Positions 35,490-45,402 of a DNA stretch of 64,000 nt are shown here, piece after piece. Both the position numbers and the translations under genes were made by a program. The stretch is from a virus: positions 1 to 64,000 of IMG/VR virus record IMGVR_UViG_3300050343_000215; one strand, given 5' to 3'. The notes beneath the pieces were generated by a model. That model saw nothing but the letters and a program-made list of their open reading frames with translations, searched no databases and was not told the DNA's origin. How positions within the stretch are numbered: position 1 is the stretch's first letter; each line of letters begins with the position of its first letter.

Positions 35490-35531
35490 GTTTTCCAGAT
35501 TATTCTGAAAAACCGCTATGCGAAAAAATTT
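35490..35531 (-). promoter_or_regulatory. Candidate -1 programmed frameshift signal
   Basis: A AAT TTT / T TTT TTC slippery heptamers in the gp26 frame, 8-nt spacer, 10-bp hairpin GTTTTTCAGA-ATAA-TCTGGAAAAC. Confidence 0.6.
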
Positions 35532-36229
35532 GCTAATCCCTCAATTGTGACATCAGATTTCACACCCGTCTTAGGATTAGTTACCTTTACCGTATGAGTA
35601 AGTCTAGGCATAGTTGAAAAGAATGACTGAACTTTCTGATACTGCTTAGAATTTAGTTGCTCAACAAACTCTTCAATTTCTTTCTTAGTAGAATCTGCTA
35701 CCTCCCATGTCTCTTCATCATTGTAGATAGTATCAATACATTCAACAGCATATTCAAAAGTGCTGTCAATAAGACTTTTCTCGTCATCGGGTTTCTTTTC
35801 CATGATGTATTTCATCGTAGGATACTTCATTTTAATAAAGTAACCATTCTCAAGATCAATCGTATCACTATGTTCTTTAGACTTAACTACCTGAATATCA
35901 TCAATATTGATCTCAACCTCTGCCTGTGTCTCACCATCATCAGGACAGGTGATGGAAAACTCAAGGATCTCGCCAACAGACTTGGCACGAACGTTGAGGA
36001 AGATATACTCAACATCAAATGTAGAAAGAGTATCTAAATCAATCTTAGTTTGTACGCAATTTTCAATGATTTGAATAATAGCACTGGTAACTTCATCTTG
36101 GCTTTCAGACTCCAATGCAAGAAGAAGGATTTTTTCTTCTCTAACTACAAATGGTCTGTATTTTACTTTTTTTCCTGTAGATGGAATTTTCAGTTCATGG
36201 ACAGGGGTGTTAATCTGGGGTAATGACAT
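35516..36229 (-). CDS. gp26: gp26 baseplate hub assembly protein
   Basis: KVKYRPFVVREEKILL, FLNVRAKSVGE, CP, GLANFF terminus. Confidence 0.9.
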   Translation of the reverse strand: MSLPQINTPVHELKIPSTGKKVKYRPFVVREEKILLLALESESQDEVTSAIIQIIENCVQTKIDLDTLSTFDVEYIFLNVRAKSVGEILEFSITCPDDGETQAEVEINIDDIQVVKSKEHSDTIDLENGYFIKMKYPTMKYIMEKKPDDEKSLIDSTFEYAVECIDTIYNDEETWEVADSTKKEIEEFVEQLNSKQYQKVQSFFSTMPRLTHTVKVTNPKTGVKSDVTIEGLANFFA

Positions 36230-36243
36230 AGTTCAAAAAATAA

Positions 36244-36924
36244 TTAGAATTCTGCTCCTTTTGTATCGTAAAAGATTACGACATGTTTTTCATACCTAAA
36301 GGATACTCTCAATTTATTTAGTGTGCTAGCACCATACGCTAATGGCACACTCTCAATGTTATAAGGGTATACATTAATCATATCATAATAGCATGAATTA
36401 GATCCAGAAGGACCAGTTCTATCTTTATAACTTTTAGTCACAGTCATCCTAGGACAAACCATTTCATCATAATAACGTAATCCAACAGTGTTGGTTGCCA
36501 TTCTTCTTTTTTCTTTTTCTTCTGGGATAATTTCACCACCTTCGCTATTCATGCTCTGTTCAGGAAACATGCCACCCATCCATGCTTCAAAGAATTTTGA
36601 AGGGCTGAGTTGATTAGTCTGAATAAAACTCAATCGCATATCATTATAAAGTTTAGCATGAGGATATTGAATTAATCTACCTGCATATACACCATCAACT
36701 TCCTGTGTAGCAGTAAATGTTCCCGGCAATGATGCTTCATCACACAAGAACATCATATTCTCAAATGCTCCATCTCCAGAAGTCATACCAAATCCATAAT
36801 ATTGTAATCTGGTTAGAATCTCGGCATTTTTTATAGAATCAAAGCTTAACTTTACCTCATACTCGTTAGAATATGATCCACCCTTATCAACATTGAATAT
36901 CCCTCTAAGCTTAGATATAGACAT
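36244..36924 (-). CDS. Tail-tube initiator / gp54-gp19-like protein
   Basis: FLCDEASLPG...F..W...VYPYNI...VSFRYE tube-fold pattern; start at MSISKL. Confidence 0.7.
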   Translation of the reverse strand: MSISKLRGIFNVDKGGSYSNEYEVKLSFDSIKNAEILTRLQYYGFGMTSGDGAFENMMFLCDEASLPGTFTATQEVDGVYAGRLIQYPHAKLYNDMRLSFIQTNQLSPSKFFEAWMGGMFPEQSMNSEGGEIIPEEKEKRRMATNTVGLRYYDEMVCPRMTVTKSYKDRTGPSGSNSCYYDMINVYPYNIESVPLAYGASTLNKLRVSFRYEKHVVIFYDTKGAEF

Positions 36925-36929
36925 TAACT

Positions 36930-36962
36930 CTAAATAGAAATACTTGTTCTTCATATATTTAT
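36930..36962. promoter_or_regulatory. Divergent T4-type late promoters
   Basis: CTAAATA on + (36930-36936) and ATAAATA on - (36956-36962). Confidence 0.7.
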
Positions 36963-37395
36963 GGCATATTCTGGCAAGTTCAGACCAAAGAACCCAAAGA
37001 AATATAAAGGTGATCCGAGGTTGGTAATATACAGATCATTATGGGAACTAAAATTTATGAAGTGGTGTGACGACCACGATCATATACTTGAGTGGGGCAG
37101 TGAAGAAATTGTAGTTCCCTATCGTTCTCCTTTAGATGGAAGAGTTCACAGATACTTTGTTGATTTCTATGCCAAAGTTCGTAATAAATCTGGGACAGCA
37201 AAGAAATATTTGATTGAAGTTAAACCAAAGAAACAGACAGTTGAACCTAAACTACCTAAAAGAAAAACTAAACGTTATCTCACTGAGGTTACCACATATA
37301 TCACCAATCAAGCGAAGTGGGAAGCAGCAAGGGAATGGTGTGCAGATCATGGACTTGAGTTCATCATACTCACAGAGGATCATTTAAATGTCTAA
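36961..37395 (+). CDS. gp4: gp4 head completion nuclease
   Basis: MAYSGKFRPKNPKKYKGD, YRSLWE, RYFVDF, IEVKP. Confidence 0.95.
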   Translation: MAYSGKFRPKNPKKYKGDPRLVIYRSLWELKFMKWCDDHDHILEWGSEEIVVPYRSPLDGRVHRYFVDFYAKVRNKSGTAKKYLIEVKPKKQTVEPKLPKRKTKRYLTEVTTYITNQAKWEAAREWCADHGLEFIILTEDHLNV

Positions 37396-37846
37396 GGGAT
37401 TTGGTAGTAATGACAGAACACAAGGTGGATTGGAGAAACATATCATAAAGAATTCTGGCGGTCAGAAAAAAAGTAGAGAGTGGTATCGCAGAGAAGTCTT
37501 TGAATACCTCTACGATAACATGACTGATGAGATTGAACCAGAAAAACTTTACTTCTATGAATATGATCCGAAATATAAAGAAAAGATGGATAAATATGAC
37601 ATATATCCTTTAGTATATGCCTTTGATCGTGGTAAAGATAACTTTCTAGGTTCAAATATTCATTACCTTCGTGACAGAGAGAAAGGTCCGTATGCTCTTG
37701 CCCTCCTAAATAAAAAAGCAAGGATTATTGAAAAAACAATCCATCGTTATATCTTCAAACAAGCTGATAATTTATTCTTTGAAGTGAAAGAAGAAGATTG
37801 GGAATTTATAGCATCTCTACCCATCCATAAGTTTATAGACAACTAA
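37388..37846 (+). CDS. gp2: gp2 DNA end protector (short form)
   Basis: FYEYDPK...YDIYPLV...GSNIHYL. Confidence 0.75.
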   Translation: MSKGFGSNDRTQGGLEKHIIKNSGGQKKSREWYRREVFEYLYDNMTDEIEPEKLYFYEYDPKYKEKMDKYDIYPLVYAFDRGKDNFLGSNIHYLRDREKGPYALALLNKKARIIEKTIHRYIFKQADNLFFEVKEEDWEFIASLPIHKFIDN

Positions 37847-38904
37847 TGCCATCCGCTGCTTTTTTACCATCAACGCGATATCCAGTAGAATTTTCCTCTA
37901 ATGGTCCTTCTGTGGACTATCTTGAGATGCAATTTATTAGAAGAGATTATAAGAGCACAGATATAAAATATTTTCCAGAACCTTCATTAAACAAGATCTT
38001 AGTTTACGTTCCTCAAAAAGTAACTGAAGCAATCTCGCAGCAGTTTAATCAAACTACACTTGGTGAATTAGGTAGTTTTCTTGGATCAAGAGCAGACGCT
38101 GGTGTGGCTGTTAAAAATGCACTTACAAGAACTGCTGAGCAGTTTTTATTAAATAAATCTGTTGATGTCGCTAATAAATTAGGTGCAACAAACCTCTCTG
38201 CTTCTGGATTGCTTTCAGCAACTAGTGGTGTTGTGTTCAACCCAAATCTTGAAGTTCTTTATGAAGGACCAGACTTCAGGACATTTAATTTCCAGTTTAA
38301 CTTATTCACTAAGTCAAGAGCAGATGCATCAGCAATTTTTAACATTGTAGAAACTTTAAGAGTGGCAAGTTTACCTAGTTCATCTGGCAATCCTAATACA
38401 AAAGCGATGGCAGATGTATTTACAGATACATCTGCTATTGACACTGCAACAGGGTTATTAGACATCGGTGCAGGAGCAGTAACTGGGGCTATTTCAGGTA
38501 AGATAAGCTCAGCATCCACTGCTGCAAAAGGAGGTAAACAGGGAGCTTTAGATAAACTTTCAGGTCTTTTTGCTCCAGCAGGAACGCTCCTAGGAGCTGC
38601 TGCAACTGCTGGCGGTTTCTTATTTAACGGTGGTTCTAGATTTATCAAACAACCTCCATTCATACTTCTTACATATAAGAGAGGAGCAGATGATCATCCT
38701 TTTATCAAACCACTGCTCCCATGCGCTATTAATCAGATTAATTTTGATTTTACGCCAACTGGAAACTACACTACAGTAGGTGAATTTAATGCTGACCCAA
38801 AGGCAACTACTGTTGGAGTCACAATTACTATGAATCTCACTGAAGTGACAAATCTATTTGCTGATAAAATGTTCACCGAAAGAGCACCAGGAGTCAAAAG
38901 CTAA
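37846..38904 (+). CDS. gp48: gp48 baseplate tail-tube cap
   Basis: VFNPNLEVLYEGPDFRTFNFQF; position before gp53. Confidence 0.85.
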   Translation: MPSAAFLPSTRYPVEFSSNGPSVDYLEMQFIRRDYKSTDIKYFPEPSLNKILVYVPQKVTEAISQQFNQTTLGELGSFLGSRADAGVAVKNALTRTAEQFLLNKSVDVANKLGATNLSASGLLSATSGVVFNPNLEVLYEGPDFRTFNFQFNLFTKSRADASAIFNIVETLRVASLPSSSGNPNTKAMADVFTDTSAIDTATGLLDIGAGAVTGAISGKISSASTAAKGGKQGALDKLSGLFAPAGTLLGAAATAGGFLFNGGSRFIKQPPFILLTYKRGADDHPFIKPLLPCAINQINFDFTPTGNYTTVGEFNADPKATTVGVTITMNLTEVTNLFADKMFTERAPGVKS

Positions 38905-39599
38905 TGCCCGGATTTTTCTCATATCTACCAAAAATAGAATATACTCCAACTAGAACTAAATTTCAGTTTACTAATCAAGATTTTGTAGTCGCTGTAAATA
39001 TTTTTAAAGGATTGAGTATTAATAATTCTGTATATACTACAGATTTATTTAAAGAATTTCAATTAAGAGATGGTGTTAGACCGGACCAAGTTGCTGAGGC
39101 AGTTTATGGTGATTCTAGTTATGATTGGGTTATTTTACTAACTAATAAAATTGTTGACCTTAAAAATGATTGGCCATTAAGTAATTCAGAATTTGAAAAA
39201 CTTATTACTAAAAAATATACTAATCCACACTTAGTAAAAAACTACCTTACCAAAGAAGTCAAAAATGACATTGGTGAGATAATTCTTCCTAGTGGATTAG
39301 AAGTATATTATAATCCAAACGATCAAGACTCATTTAAAATTACATACATTAAATCATATAATCCAATAGTAGAAGAAACTGAGAATGGTGCAACATTATT
39401 GACATCAATTACTTATTATGAGTGGGAACAACAACTCAATGAAGAAAAAAGAGTATTGCAAGTTCTTAAACCAGATTATCTTGAGACCTTTGTAAAAATC
39501 TTCAATGCATCAGCAAATTATATGCGTGATGTAAAAGCTGATGCTGGAATAAAGCAAACTTTAAACAAAACTAGCATCTTTAACAATATTACTCTATAA
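38904..39599 (+). CDS. gp53: gp53 baseplate wedge subunit
   Basis: FFSYLPKIEY, RPDQVAEAVYGD..YDWVILLTN, WPL, YEWEQQLNEEKR. Confidence 0.9.
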   Translation: MPGFFSYLPKIEYTPTRTKFQFTNQDFVVAVNIFKGLSINNSVYTTDLFKEFQLRDGVRPDQVAEAVYGDSSYDWVILLTNKIVDLKNDWPLSNSEFEKLITKKYTNPHLVKNYLTKEVKNDIGEIILPSGLEVYYNPNDQDSFKITYIKSYNPIVEETENGATLLTSITYYEWEQQLNEEKRVLQVLKPDYLETFVKIFNASANYMRDVKADAGIKQTLNKTSIFNNITL

Positions 39600-39611
39600 A
39601 ACCTCACAGAC

Positions 39612-39644
39612 AAAAAAATACCCCGAATTTTTTTTCGGGGTTTT
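39612..39644. terminator. Bidirectional terminator between convergent genes
   Basis: A7-T-ACCCCGAA-T6-TTCGGGGT-TTT. Confidence 0.85.
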
Positions 39645-39651
39645 ATGGAAT

Positions 39652-39861
39652 TTAAAAACCCAATTCGTAGCAGGAAGATCTTGCTAGGTCTGGGTTTTTT
39701 TTGAGTGTTCTATGAACATGACCATGCACGTCTGCTTCTAAAGTAAGGTGTGCTTTAGTATGCACAAACTGAATCACAAATAACATTCCAACAAAAGTAA
39801 GATTTAGATAAGTAACTGGGTGATTCAGACCTTTCCAAAGAAACTTGATCACTTTATTCAC
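39652..39861 (-). CDS. Small membrane hypothetical protein
   Basis: 69 aa with one hydrophobic segment. Confidence 0.65.
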   Translation of the reverse strand: MNKVIKFLWKGLNHPVTYLNLTFVGMLFVIQFVHTKAHLTLEADVHGHVHRTLKKNPDLARSSCYELGF

Positions 39862-39971
39862 TTAATGAACTTGTCCATACGAAGTTTGACATAATACATT
39901 CCGATGACCCATACGGAGAAGAGGAACCCCTCCCCGTAGGACATGGAGTTCCAAGCATGTACTGCTTCCAT
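39858..39971 (-). CDS. Small membrane protein (37 aa)
   Basis: MEAVHAWNSMSYGEGFLFSVWVIGMYYVKLRMDKFIK*. Confidence 0.6.
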   Translation of the reverse strand: MEAVHAWNSMSYGEGFLFSVWVIGMYYVKLRMDKFIK

Positions 39972-40174
39972 CACTCTTGATTCTTCTTATTGAATCCGAA
40001 TGGTCCTTCTTTATCTTCCAATGCAAATTTTAATGCAATACCACCAACAGCTTCCATAACCTTTAGGATGTCCTCTGACTTAGCATTCTCACCCAGTTCT
40101 TTGGCAACATACCAATACTTTGGCCAGAATGTTTCACCTGCTTTTTGATAGTCTTCAACAGTTAAGATTTTCAT
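39971..40174 (-). CDS. Cyanophage hypothetical protein
   Basis: 67 aa, ATGA-coupled to gp32. Confidence 0.75.
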   Translation of the reverse strand: MKILTVEDYQKAGETFWPKYWYVAKELGENAKSEDILKVMEAVGGIALKFALEDKEGPFGFNKKNQE

Positions 40175-41136
40175 GAATCTTCTTCAGCAAGGCGAGCGAA
40201 GTATGACAGGGTGTCATCATTGTCAGTCGTAGGAGCAGAACGTGTTGCAACAGTGGGTTGCAGTTCACTCAGTTCCTTACGGATTTCTGGAGTGGCAGGA
40301 CGTGAAGGAAATGAAGGTGCTCCCATGATGTCAGAATCATTGAAACCACCACGACCTTCAGACTCATCTTCCATAGTTTCACGATCAAACTTCTTGCTGG
40401 TTGTACGACCGAGCACAACATTCAAACGTGACTCAAGTTCCTCATAGGACTTAAAGTTCTTAGCATCCATGAACTCATTCAAAGAATGCTGTGACTTCCA
40501 TACTTGCTCCAGTTCAGAGTCAGCCATGTCCTCAAGGGTAGAAGGGACAGCAAAATCAGACTTATCATAGTTCCAATAACCATCCTTCTTCTGCAGCTTC
40601 AGTTTGAAGTTAGCACCCTGCCACATATCAAATGGATTGATAGGAGTCTCATCTTGAAACTCAGGTTGCATTGCTGCCTGAATCTTGTCAAAGATCTTCT
40701 TACCAAACTTATAGAGGAAAACTTTACCCTCGTTACCAGGGTTAGTAGGATCACTTACAACATAGATGTTGGAGTAGTAAGAGAGTTTACGCTTCTGCTT
40801 ACGAGCAACCTCCTTGTCGCTGTCAAGACCACTGTTCCATAGTGTACGGTTGAGTTCCGACACGGGATCTTTCTTACCCAGAGTGGTTAGAGAGTTTTCA
40901 ATATACCATCCACCAGTACCTTGGAAACCGTGGGACCAGACCTTTGCCCAGGGAAGTTCTTCACCATCAGGAGCAGGCAGGAAGCGGATTACTGCGTAAC
41001 CGTTACCAGACTTATCCATCTCGGGTTTCCAGAAACGATCATCACTGCTACCACCAGTAGCTTGGAGTTTGTCAATCTCCTTAGTCAGACGATCAAAACC
41101 AAATTTAGAGCTGTTTTTAAGATCAGCAAAAGACAT
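40171..41136 (-). CDS. gp32: gp32 single-stranded DNA-binding protein
   Basis: DDRFWKP, GYAVIRFLP, WYIENSLTTLG, YKFGKKIFDKI, acidic tail; CTAAATA at 41200-41206. Confidence 0.97.
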   Translation of the reverse strand: MSFADLKNSSKFGFDRLTKEIDKLQATGGSSDDRFWKPEMDKSGNGYAVIRFLPAPDGEELPWAKVWSHGFQGTGGWYIENSLTTLGKKDPVSELNRTLWNSGLDSDKEVARKQKRKLSYYSNIYVVSDPTNPGNEGKVFLYKFGKKIFDKIQAAMQPEFQDETPINPFDMWQGANFKLKLQKKDGYWNYDKSDFAVPSTLEDMADSELEQVWKSQHSLNEFMDAKNFKSYEELESRLNVVLGRTTSKKFDRETMEDESEGRGGFNDSDIMGAPSFPSRPATPEIRKELSELQPTVATRSAPTTDNDDTLSYFARLAEEDS

Positions 41137-41202
41137 TCGTATTACCTTGTATTGTTTGTATTTGTTGGATTACGATGACCCAACAGGATCATCATACACT
41201 AT

Positions 41203-41544
41203 TTAGAGGTCGCCGTCAAGCACCTGCTGACGGACATTCTCCATGTTTTTACGGAAACTATCATAGATCCCTAACATGTCAAGACCATCGGCATCCATGC
41301 CTAGTGTCTTAGCAGCACGTCGGAATTCTGCTTGCAGTTCCTTTGCCATAGGATCATCAGAAAGATTTAATCTCATGTAAAATATTTTTTGACGCTCAAT
41401 CAAGTCCAGCATTGCATCAAAAAAATCTATACGATCATCTGATGTCATCATAGGAATAAATGGCATCCTATTAACAATTTCTTGCTGCTTAAGACTAATC
41501 TCTTCAGCTTCTTGTTGTACTATTTTTGAATCAAAGAAAGACAT
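41203..41544 (-). CDS. Cyanophage protein (DUF1825-like)
   Basis: MSFFDS...LIERQKIFYMRLNLSDDP. Confidence 0.7.
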   Translation of the reverse strand: MSFFDSKIVQQEAEEISLKQQEIVNRMPFIPMMTSDDRIDFFDAMLDLIERQKIFYMRLNLSDDPMAKELQAEFRRAAKTLGMDADGLDMLGIYDSFRKNMENVRQQVLDGDL

Positions 41545-42137
41545 TGGTGATCTAATACTTTTTCCTTTAACGTATGCTTATATTTAACAGTATCCACAGT
41601 TATGAATGAGGAATACTTTATGACGGTTCTCCTTACATCACTCCAGACTATAGTCTCAGTAATCTTATTATCAAACTGTGGTATGAAATTTAAAATTTGA
41701 TTTAAAATAACAAAAGTTTCCATGGAAATTTGTTTTCCCAAAAGAAACTTTAGTAATGGTGGGTGAGTCTCTATGATCTTGAATAGTTGATCAAACTCAT
41801 TTACCTGTTGTAATAAAAAATCTACATCCTCACTAAAGTTATAGTGAAGACTCTCCATACGTTTCTTCCATGCTCTGTAATTGTCATCACCATCTGTTCT
41901 GACCATCTTACCAATCCATCCAGATGAATCAGCAATAAAATTTGCTACAAAGTATGGAAGAATTTCTGCATCCTTCTTACGATTCGTAAGTTTTTTAAAG
42001 AAGTAACGATCTTTTCTTTTTTCAAAGTTAGTCTCTGTTACTCTAGTTTTACCATTGAATTTAAAGTAATCATAACTGTCGGTAGTGAAGTGTAACTTCA
42101 GTGCGACATACATTTTATAGGATTCAAAAGCGGTCAT
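41520..42137 (-). CDS. gp59: gp59 helicase loader
   Basis: YKMYVALKLHF...YDYFKFNGK...KRKDRYFFKKL. Confidence 0.9.
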   Translation of the reverse strand: MTAFESYKMYVALKLHFTTDSYDYFKFNGKTRVTETNFEKRKDRYFFKKLTNRKKDAEILPYFVANFIADSSGWIGKMVRTDGDDNYRAWKKRMESLHYNFSEDVDFLLQQVNEFDQLFKIIETHPPLLKFLLGKQISMETFVILNQILNFIPQFDNKITETIVWSDVRRTVIKYSSFITVDTVKYKHTLKEKVLDHQCLSLIQK

Positions 42138-42140
42138 TTT

Positions 42141-42899
42141 TTAGTTCTGTTCTTGCCACCAATCTATTAAATCAGCGTCATTAATCATAGGATCATAATC
42201 AAGAGCATTCCGCCCAGTTCTTCTTTTATAATCTATAAACGTAGTAACAGCATACCTTCCATTACCACTATAATAGTCATCACTATCAATTTTTACAGTG
42301 CGAACACCATGCGCTGCATAAGGTGGAATAATAATCATGGTGTTATTATTACATGGAAATTCATAATTATCAAAATGCTCAAAGAATAATTCACCACCAG
42401 TAAACTTCTTCGGTTCTTTATAAAGATATGTGAAAAGTATGTATGCAAATGGTGCATCAGTATGCGTTTCATACCCCTCATTGTTATGATAATACCTAAG
42501 TTTCGTGAAGGTATCAGTAGGAGCAGGAATACTACGCACACTGTAGTGCGATTGTTTCCATTCTCGTAAATATGGTTTCAACCTATTAAGAAGAATAGTC
42601 TCTATAGTTAATATTCCTGACAGATTTCTTGCCTTACCAGTAAATGTTGGTGTCAAAGGAATTGCAAGCGCACTGGTCAATGGCACCCCACCGCGATTGC
42701 TTTGCAACGCTGGATTGAAATTCTGAGGTTGTCCAGGAGTAGGTTTCTTTTCGGCAGCACCATAATCCTTCGGCAACATTAATTTTCCTGGTTTGGTGAA
42801 AAAATTAAGTTCTTCCCAGATAAGTTCTAATTCATGATCTTCATATACTTCCTCAACAATTACATGTGGGAAGGGTTCCGTCAAAATTTTAACTTTCAT
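42141..42899 (-). CDS. 2OG-Fe(II) oxygenase
   Basis: ETHTD, FTGGELFF, PPYAAHGV, RYAV. Confidence 0.85.
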   Translation of the reverse strand: MKVKILTEPFPHVIVEEVYEDHELELIWEELNFFTKPGKLMLPKDYGAAEKKPTPGQPQNFNPALQSNRGGVPLTSALAIPLTPTFTGKARNLSGILTIETILLNRLKPYLREWKQSHYSVRSIPAPTDTFTKLRYYHNNEGYETHTDAPFAYILFTYLYKEPKKFTGGELFFEHFDNYEFPCNNNTMIIIPPYAAHGVRTVKIDSDDYYSGNGRYAVTTFIDYKRRTGRNALDYDPMINDADLIDWWQEQN

Positions 42900-43159
42900 A
42901 AAATAAGTCGTGCCTTTGATGATCTTTTCATAAAGTTAAGACGTTGAGCATCAAACTTTAGTTTTTCTTTCAGTGGTTTAGAAATTAATTTTGATACTGT
43001 TTCAATCTCAATGTTGTTTTCAGCGCAATAGTGGATTACACATTCAATGTAATTCATTGTACCATTACTAATCTTCTTCAGATTCTCAATTTCCATGGAG
43101 AATTTTGAAGCAGTCATGAATTTCTTTTCAAGAATGTCATTAAGGTTTTCCTCAGACAT
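42896..43159 (-). CDS. gp33: gp33 late-transcription coactivator
   Basis: NYIECVIHYC...ISKPLKEKLKFDAQRLNF. Confidence 0.9.
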   Translation of the reverse strand: MSEENLNDILEKKFMTASKFSMEIENLKKISNGTMNYIECVIHYCAENNIEIETVSKLISKPLKEKLKFDAQRLNFMKRSSKARLIL

Positions 43160-43844
43160 TAGCAAACTTTTCCCCCTTATGATAGTTAACAAACTCATTA
43201 ATGTACTGCTCCAATAGTTTCATATAGTACATTTTATCATACTTTTCAAACAATTGCACCTCCCCATCTTCACATGCTTGAATAATTACAAGTTTTTCTA
43301 CTTCAATGCCTGTGAGATCGTAATATAAAGCACCATAAGCAGCACATTGAACAAAATAATGCTCAATCCACTTCTCAGGTTTTTGTTTCCGTGAAGTTTT
43401 GAAGTCTACAATTGCCAGCTCACCTTTATATTCTGCGATACAATCAACGCGACCTGCGAGACCGAAATACTCACTATAGAGGGGAGCTTCTAGAGCGTGT
43501 ATATTATTTATGTCACTGAAATAAGGAAGGGAATTCTGAAACAATTGATATGGTTTACTGATCTGTTCCATAAGATCTTTTGGTTTAACCTCAAGATTAT
43601 TGAAATGATCCTCCGCATATGCATGATACTTAGTACCACGAGTTGTACCTTGTTTAGAGATACGATCTGCTTCAACAGCACCAACACGTTTACGCCATTC
43701 TGCAATACTCTTGCGAGATTTCAATGATGTGATAGACGTGATTGATGGTAGTTTCCTACCACTAGGAGTACAATAATAACGTACTCCATTTATCGTAGTA
43801 GGATCAGGGAGTTCACTTAAAGAATTACCAACATGATTAAACAT
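43152..43844 (-). CDS. PD-(D/E)XK exonuclease
   Basis: PSITS, RGTKYH, GRVDCI, VDFKTS, YFVQCAAY. Confidence 0.9.
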   Translation of the reverse strand: MFNHVGNSLSELPDPTTINGVRYYCTPSGRKLPSITSITSLKSRKSIAEWRKRVGAVEADRISKQGTTRGTKYHAYAEDHFNNLEVKPKDLMEQISKPYQLFQNSLPYFSDINNIHALEAPLYSEYFGLAGRVDCIAEYKGELAIVDFKTSRKQKPEKWIEHYFVQCAAYGALYYDLTGIEVEKLVIIQACEDGEVQLFEKYDKMYYMKLLEQYINEFVNYHKGEKFANV

Positions 43845-43845
43845 A

Positions 43846-44601
43846 CTAAAGACCGAGATTCATTTTACTTACAAGGTAGGACTTCACTAGTCCAGAACGG
43901 ACAATATCATCAATGCCAAACTCAATAGAACTAAACTCTTCCATGTCCTCTAGGATCTTCATGAAATCAATAATACCATTTTTCTCATGTTGTTTGACTA
44001 GATCAGTCTGAACTACGTCACCACAGAACATAATCTTAGAGTTCTCACCAACACGAGTGATGATACTATCAAGTTCATGGAAGTTCAGGTTCTGTGCTTC
44101 ATCAATCAGAAGGATAGCATTATCAAACGTAGTGCCACGAATGAATGATGTAGACCAGAACGACACAGTTCCCTGTGATTTTAAGTTAGTGTATAAGAGA
44201 TCAAATGAATTATCATCTGGCATTTTGAACATGTACTTCACCATGTTCTTGTATGGAATCTGGTAGAGCGAAGATTTATCTTCGTGGTCTCCAGGAAGAA
44301 AACCAATTTCTCTAGTTGCTACCAAAGAACGAACGATGTAGATCTTCTCATAGGGAGAGTTCTCATCCAGGACATCTTTAAGCGCAAGATATAATGCGAT
44401 GAAAGTTTTACCTGTTCCAGCAGCACCATAAGCAAAAATATTCTGATCCTTACTCCAATCATTAAAAAACTTTTCCTGATTTTCAGTGAGTGGTTCAATA
44501 GTTTTGAGATAATCACTATTAATGGGCTTCTTTCGCTTCATCTGTTTGGTGGACATACCACCAGTTACTGGGTTAGATGATGTGTGTCTTTTTCTAGGCA
44601 T
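43846..44601 (-). CDS. phoH: PhoH-family ATPase
   Basis: GAAGTGKT, IGFLPG, RGTTFD, IDEAQN, GDVVQTD, IVRSGLV. Confidence 0.95.
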   Translation of the reverse strand: MPRKRHTSSNPVTGGMSTKQMKRKKPINSDYLKTIEPLTENQEKFFNDWSKDQNIFAYGAAGTGKTFIALYLALKDVLDENSPYEKIYIVRSLVATREIGFLPGDHEDKSSLYQIPYKNMVKYMFKMPDDNSFDLLYTNLKSQGTVSFWSTSFIRGTTFDNAILLIDEAQNLNFHELDSIITRVGENSKIMFCGDVVQTDLVKQHEKNGIIDFMKILEDMEEFSSIEFGIDDIVRSGLVKSYLVSKMNLGL

Positions 44602-44613
44602 TTAATTCTTTAA

Positions 44614-44847
44614 TCAAGTATAACGGGAGAGGTTTGCGTTGGGGTGTCGCTTTTGCACTTTCTGCATTACTTCCTTGAACCCAGCAGATTGTTTAGGTTC
44701 CCCATATATTGTACCACCAAATGACGCTTGTGACCAGTCCTTGTCCCATTGAGGGTTATCCTTTCGCCACTGTTCATACTCAGAGATTGACATCTTGAGT
44801 TCTAGAGTGTCTCCGTTTTTCAAGTTTTTGACGTTGTATGTCGGCAT
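44614..44847 (-). CDS. FmdB-like small protein lacking the Zn-ribbon cysteines
   Basis: MPTY start typical of the family; typical position before phoH. Confidence 0.6.
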   Translation of the reverse strand: MPTYNVKNLKNGDTLELKMSISEYEQWRKDNPQWDKDWSQASFGGTIYGEPKQSAGFKEVMQKVQKRHPNANLSRYT

Positions 44848-44874
44848 GTTTTTGCTCTCAGTTAAGTATCTATA

Positions 44875-45402
44875 TCAAACCCAGTCTGGTTTGCGGGATG
44901 GGTCACGAAGATAATTAGATGCAACCCAAGGTTTGCTGCTAATGTACATTTTGTAAGCAGTAATAGTATCAATGCTTGTGTCAAATTTAAACTCATCGGG
45001 CATAGCACGAACAAAGGGCGTTGTATGCTTCCCTGAGCGTCCTTGAGGATCAGCAGTAGGAAGTATATCTTTTGCTGCTAGAAGGGTCTTCTGGCAGGTG
45101 TGGACCTTACCGTAGCGAGCAGTATACTCATCACACATAGCAAGACCATGTGCAAGTAACCACTGCCAGTTAGTTACGAACTCATTCGCCCAGATAGTAC
45201 AGGGGTGATTACGAAAAGCACCCTTCTCAGTAGCATAAGGAGTACCGTCTGCTTTGGGAAGAGTGCCGAAGTTATGTCCCCATTTGTCCGAGCATACAAT
45301 AGCAAGCATCTGGCAAGTCTCTAGGGGCATCTTGACAATGTGCTTGTCAGGGAGAACCACAGCAGACTTATATGGACTAGGATCAGTTACAAAGATGTTC
45401 AT
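44875..45402 (-). CDS. Pyrimidine-dimer DNA glycosylase-like protein (DenV family)
   Basis: MNIF...DKHIVKMPLETCQML...HPCTIW...RYGKVH. Confidence 0.8.
   Translation of the reverse strand: MNIFVTDPSPYKSAVVLPDKHIVKMPLETCQMLAIVCSDKWGHNFGTLPKADGTPYATEKGAFRNHPCTIWANEFVTNWQWLLAHGLAMCDEYTARYGKVHTCQKTLLAAKDILPTADPQGRSGKHTTPFVRAMPDEFKFDTSIDTITAYKMYISSKPWVASNYLRDPSRKPDWV

Noticed and set aside
43846-44700. Pho-box regulation of phoH
   Set aside because: No 11-bp-period PyTTAAPyPy repeats were found upstream, and no pstS is present in the window
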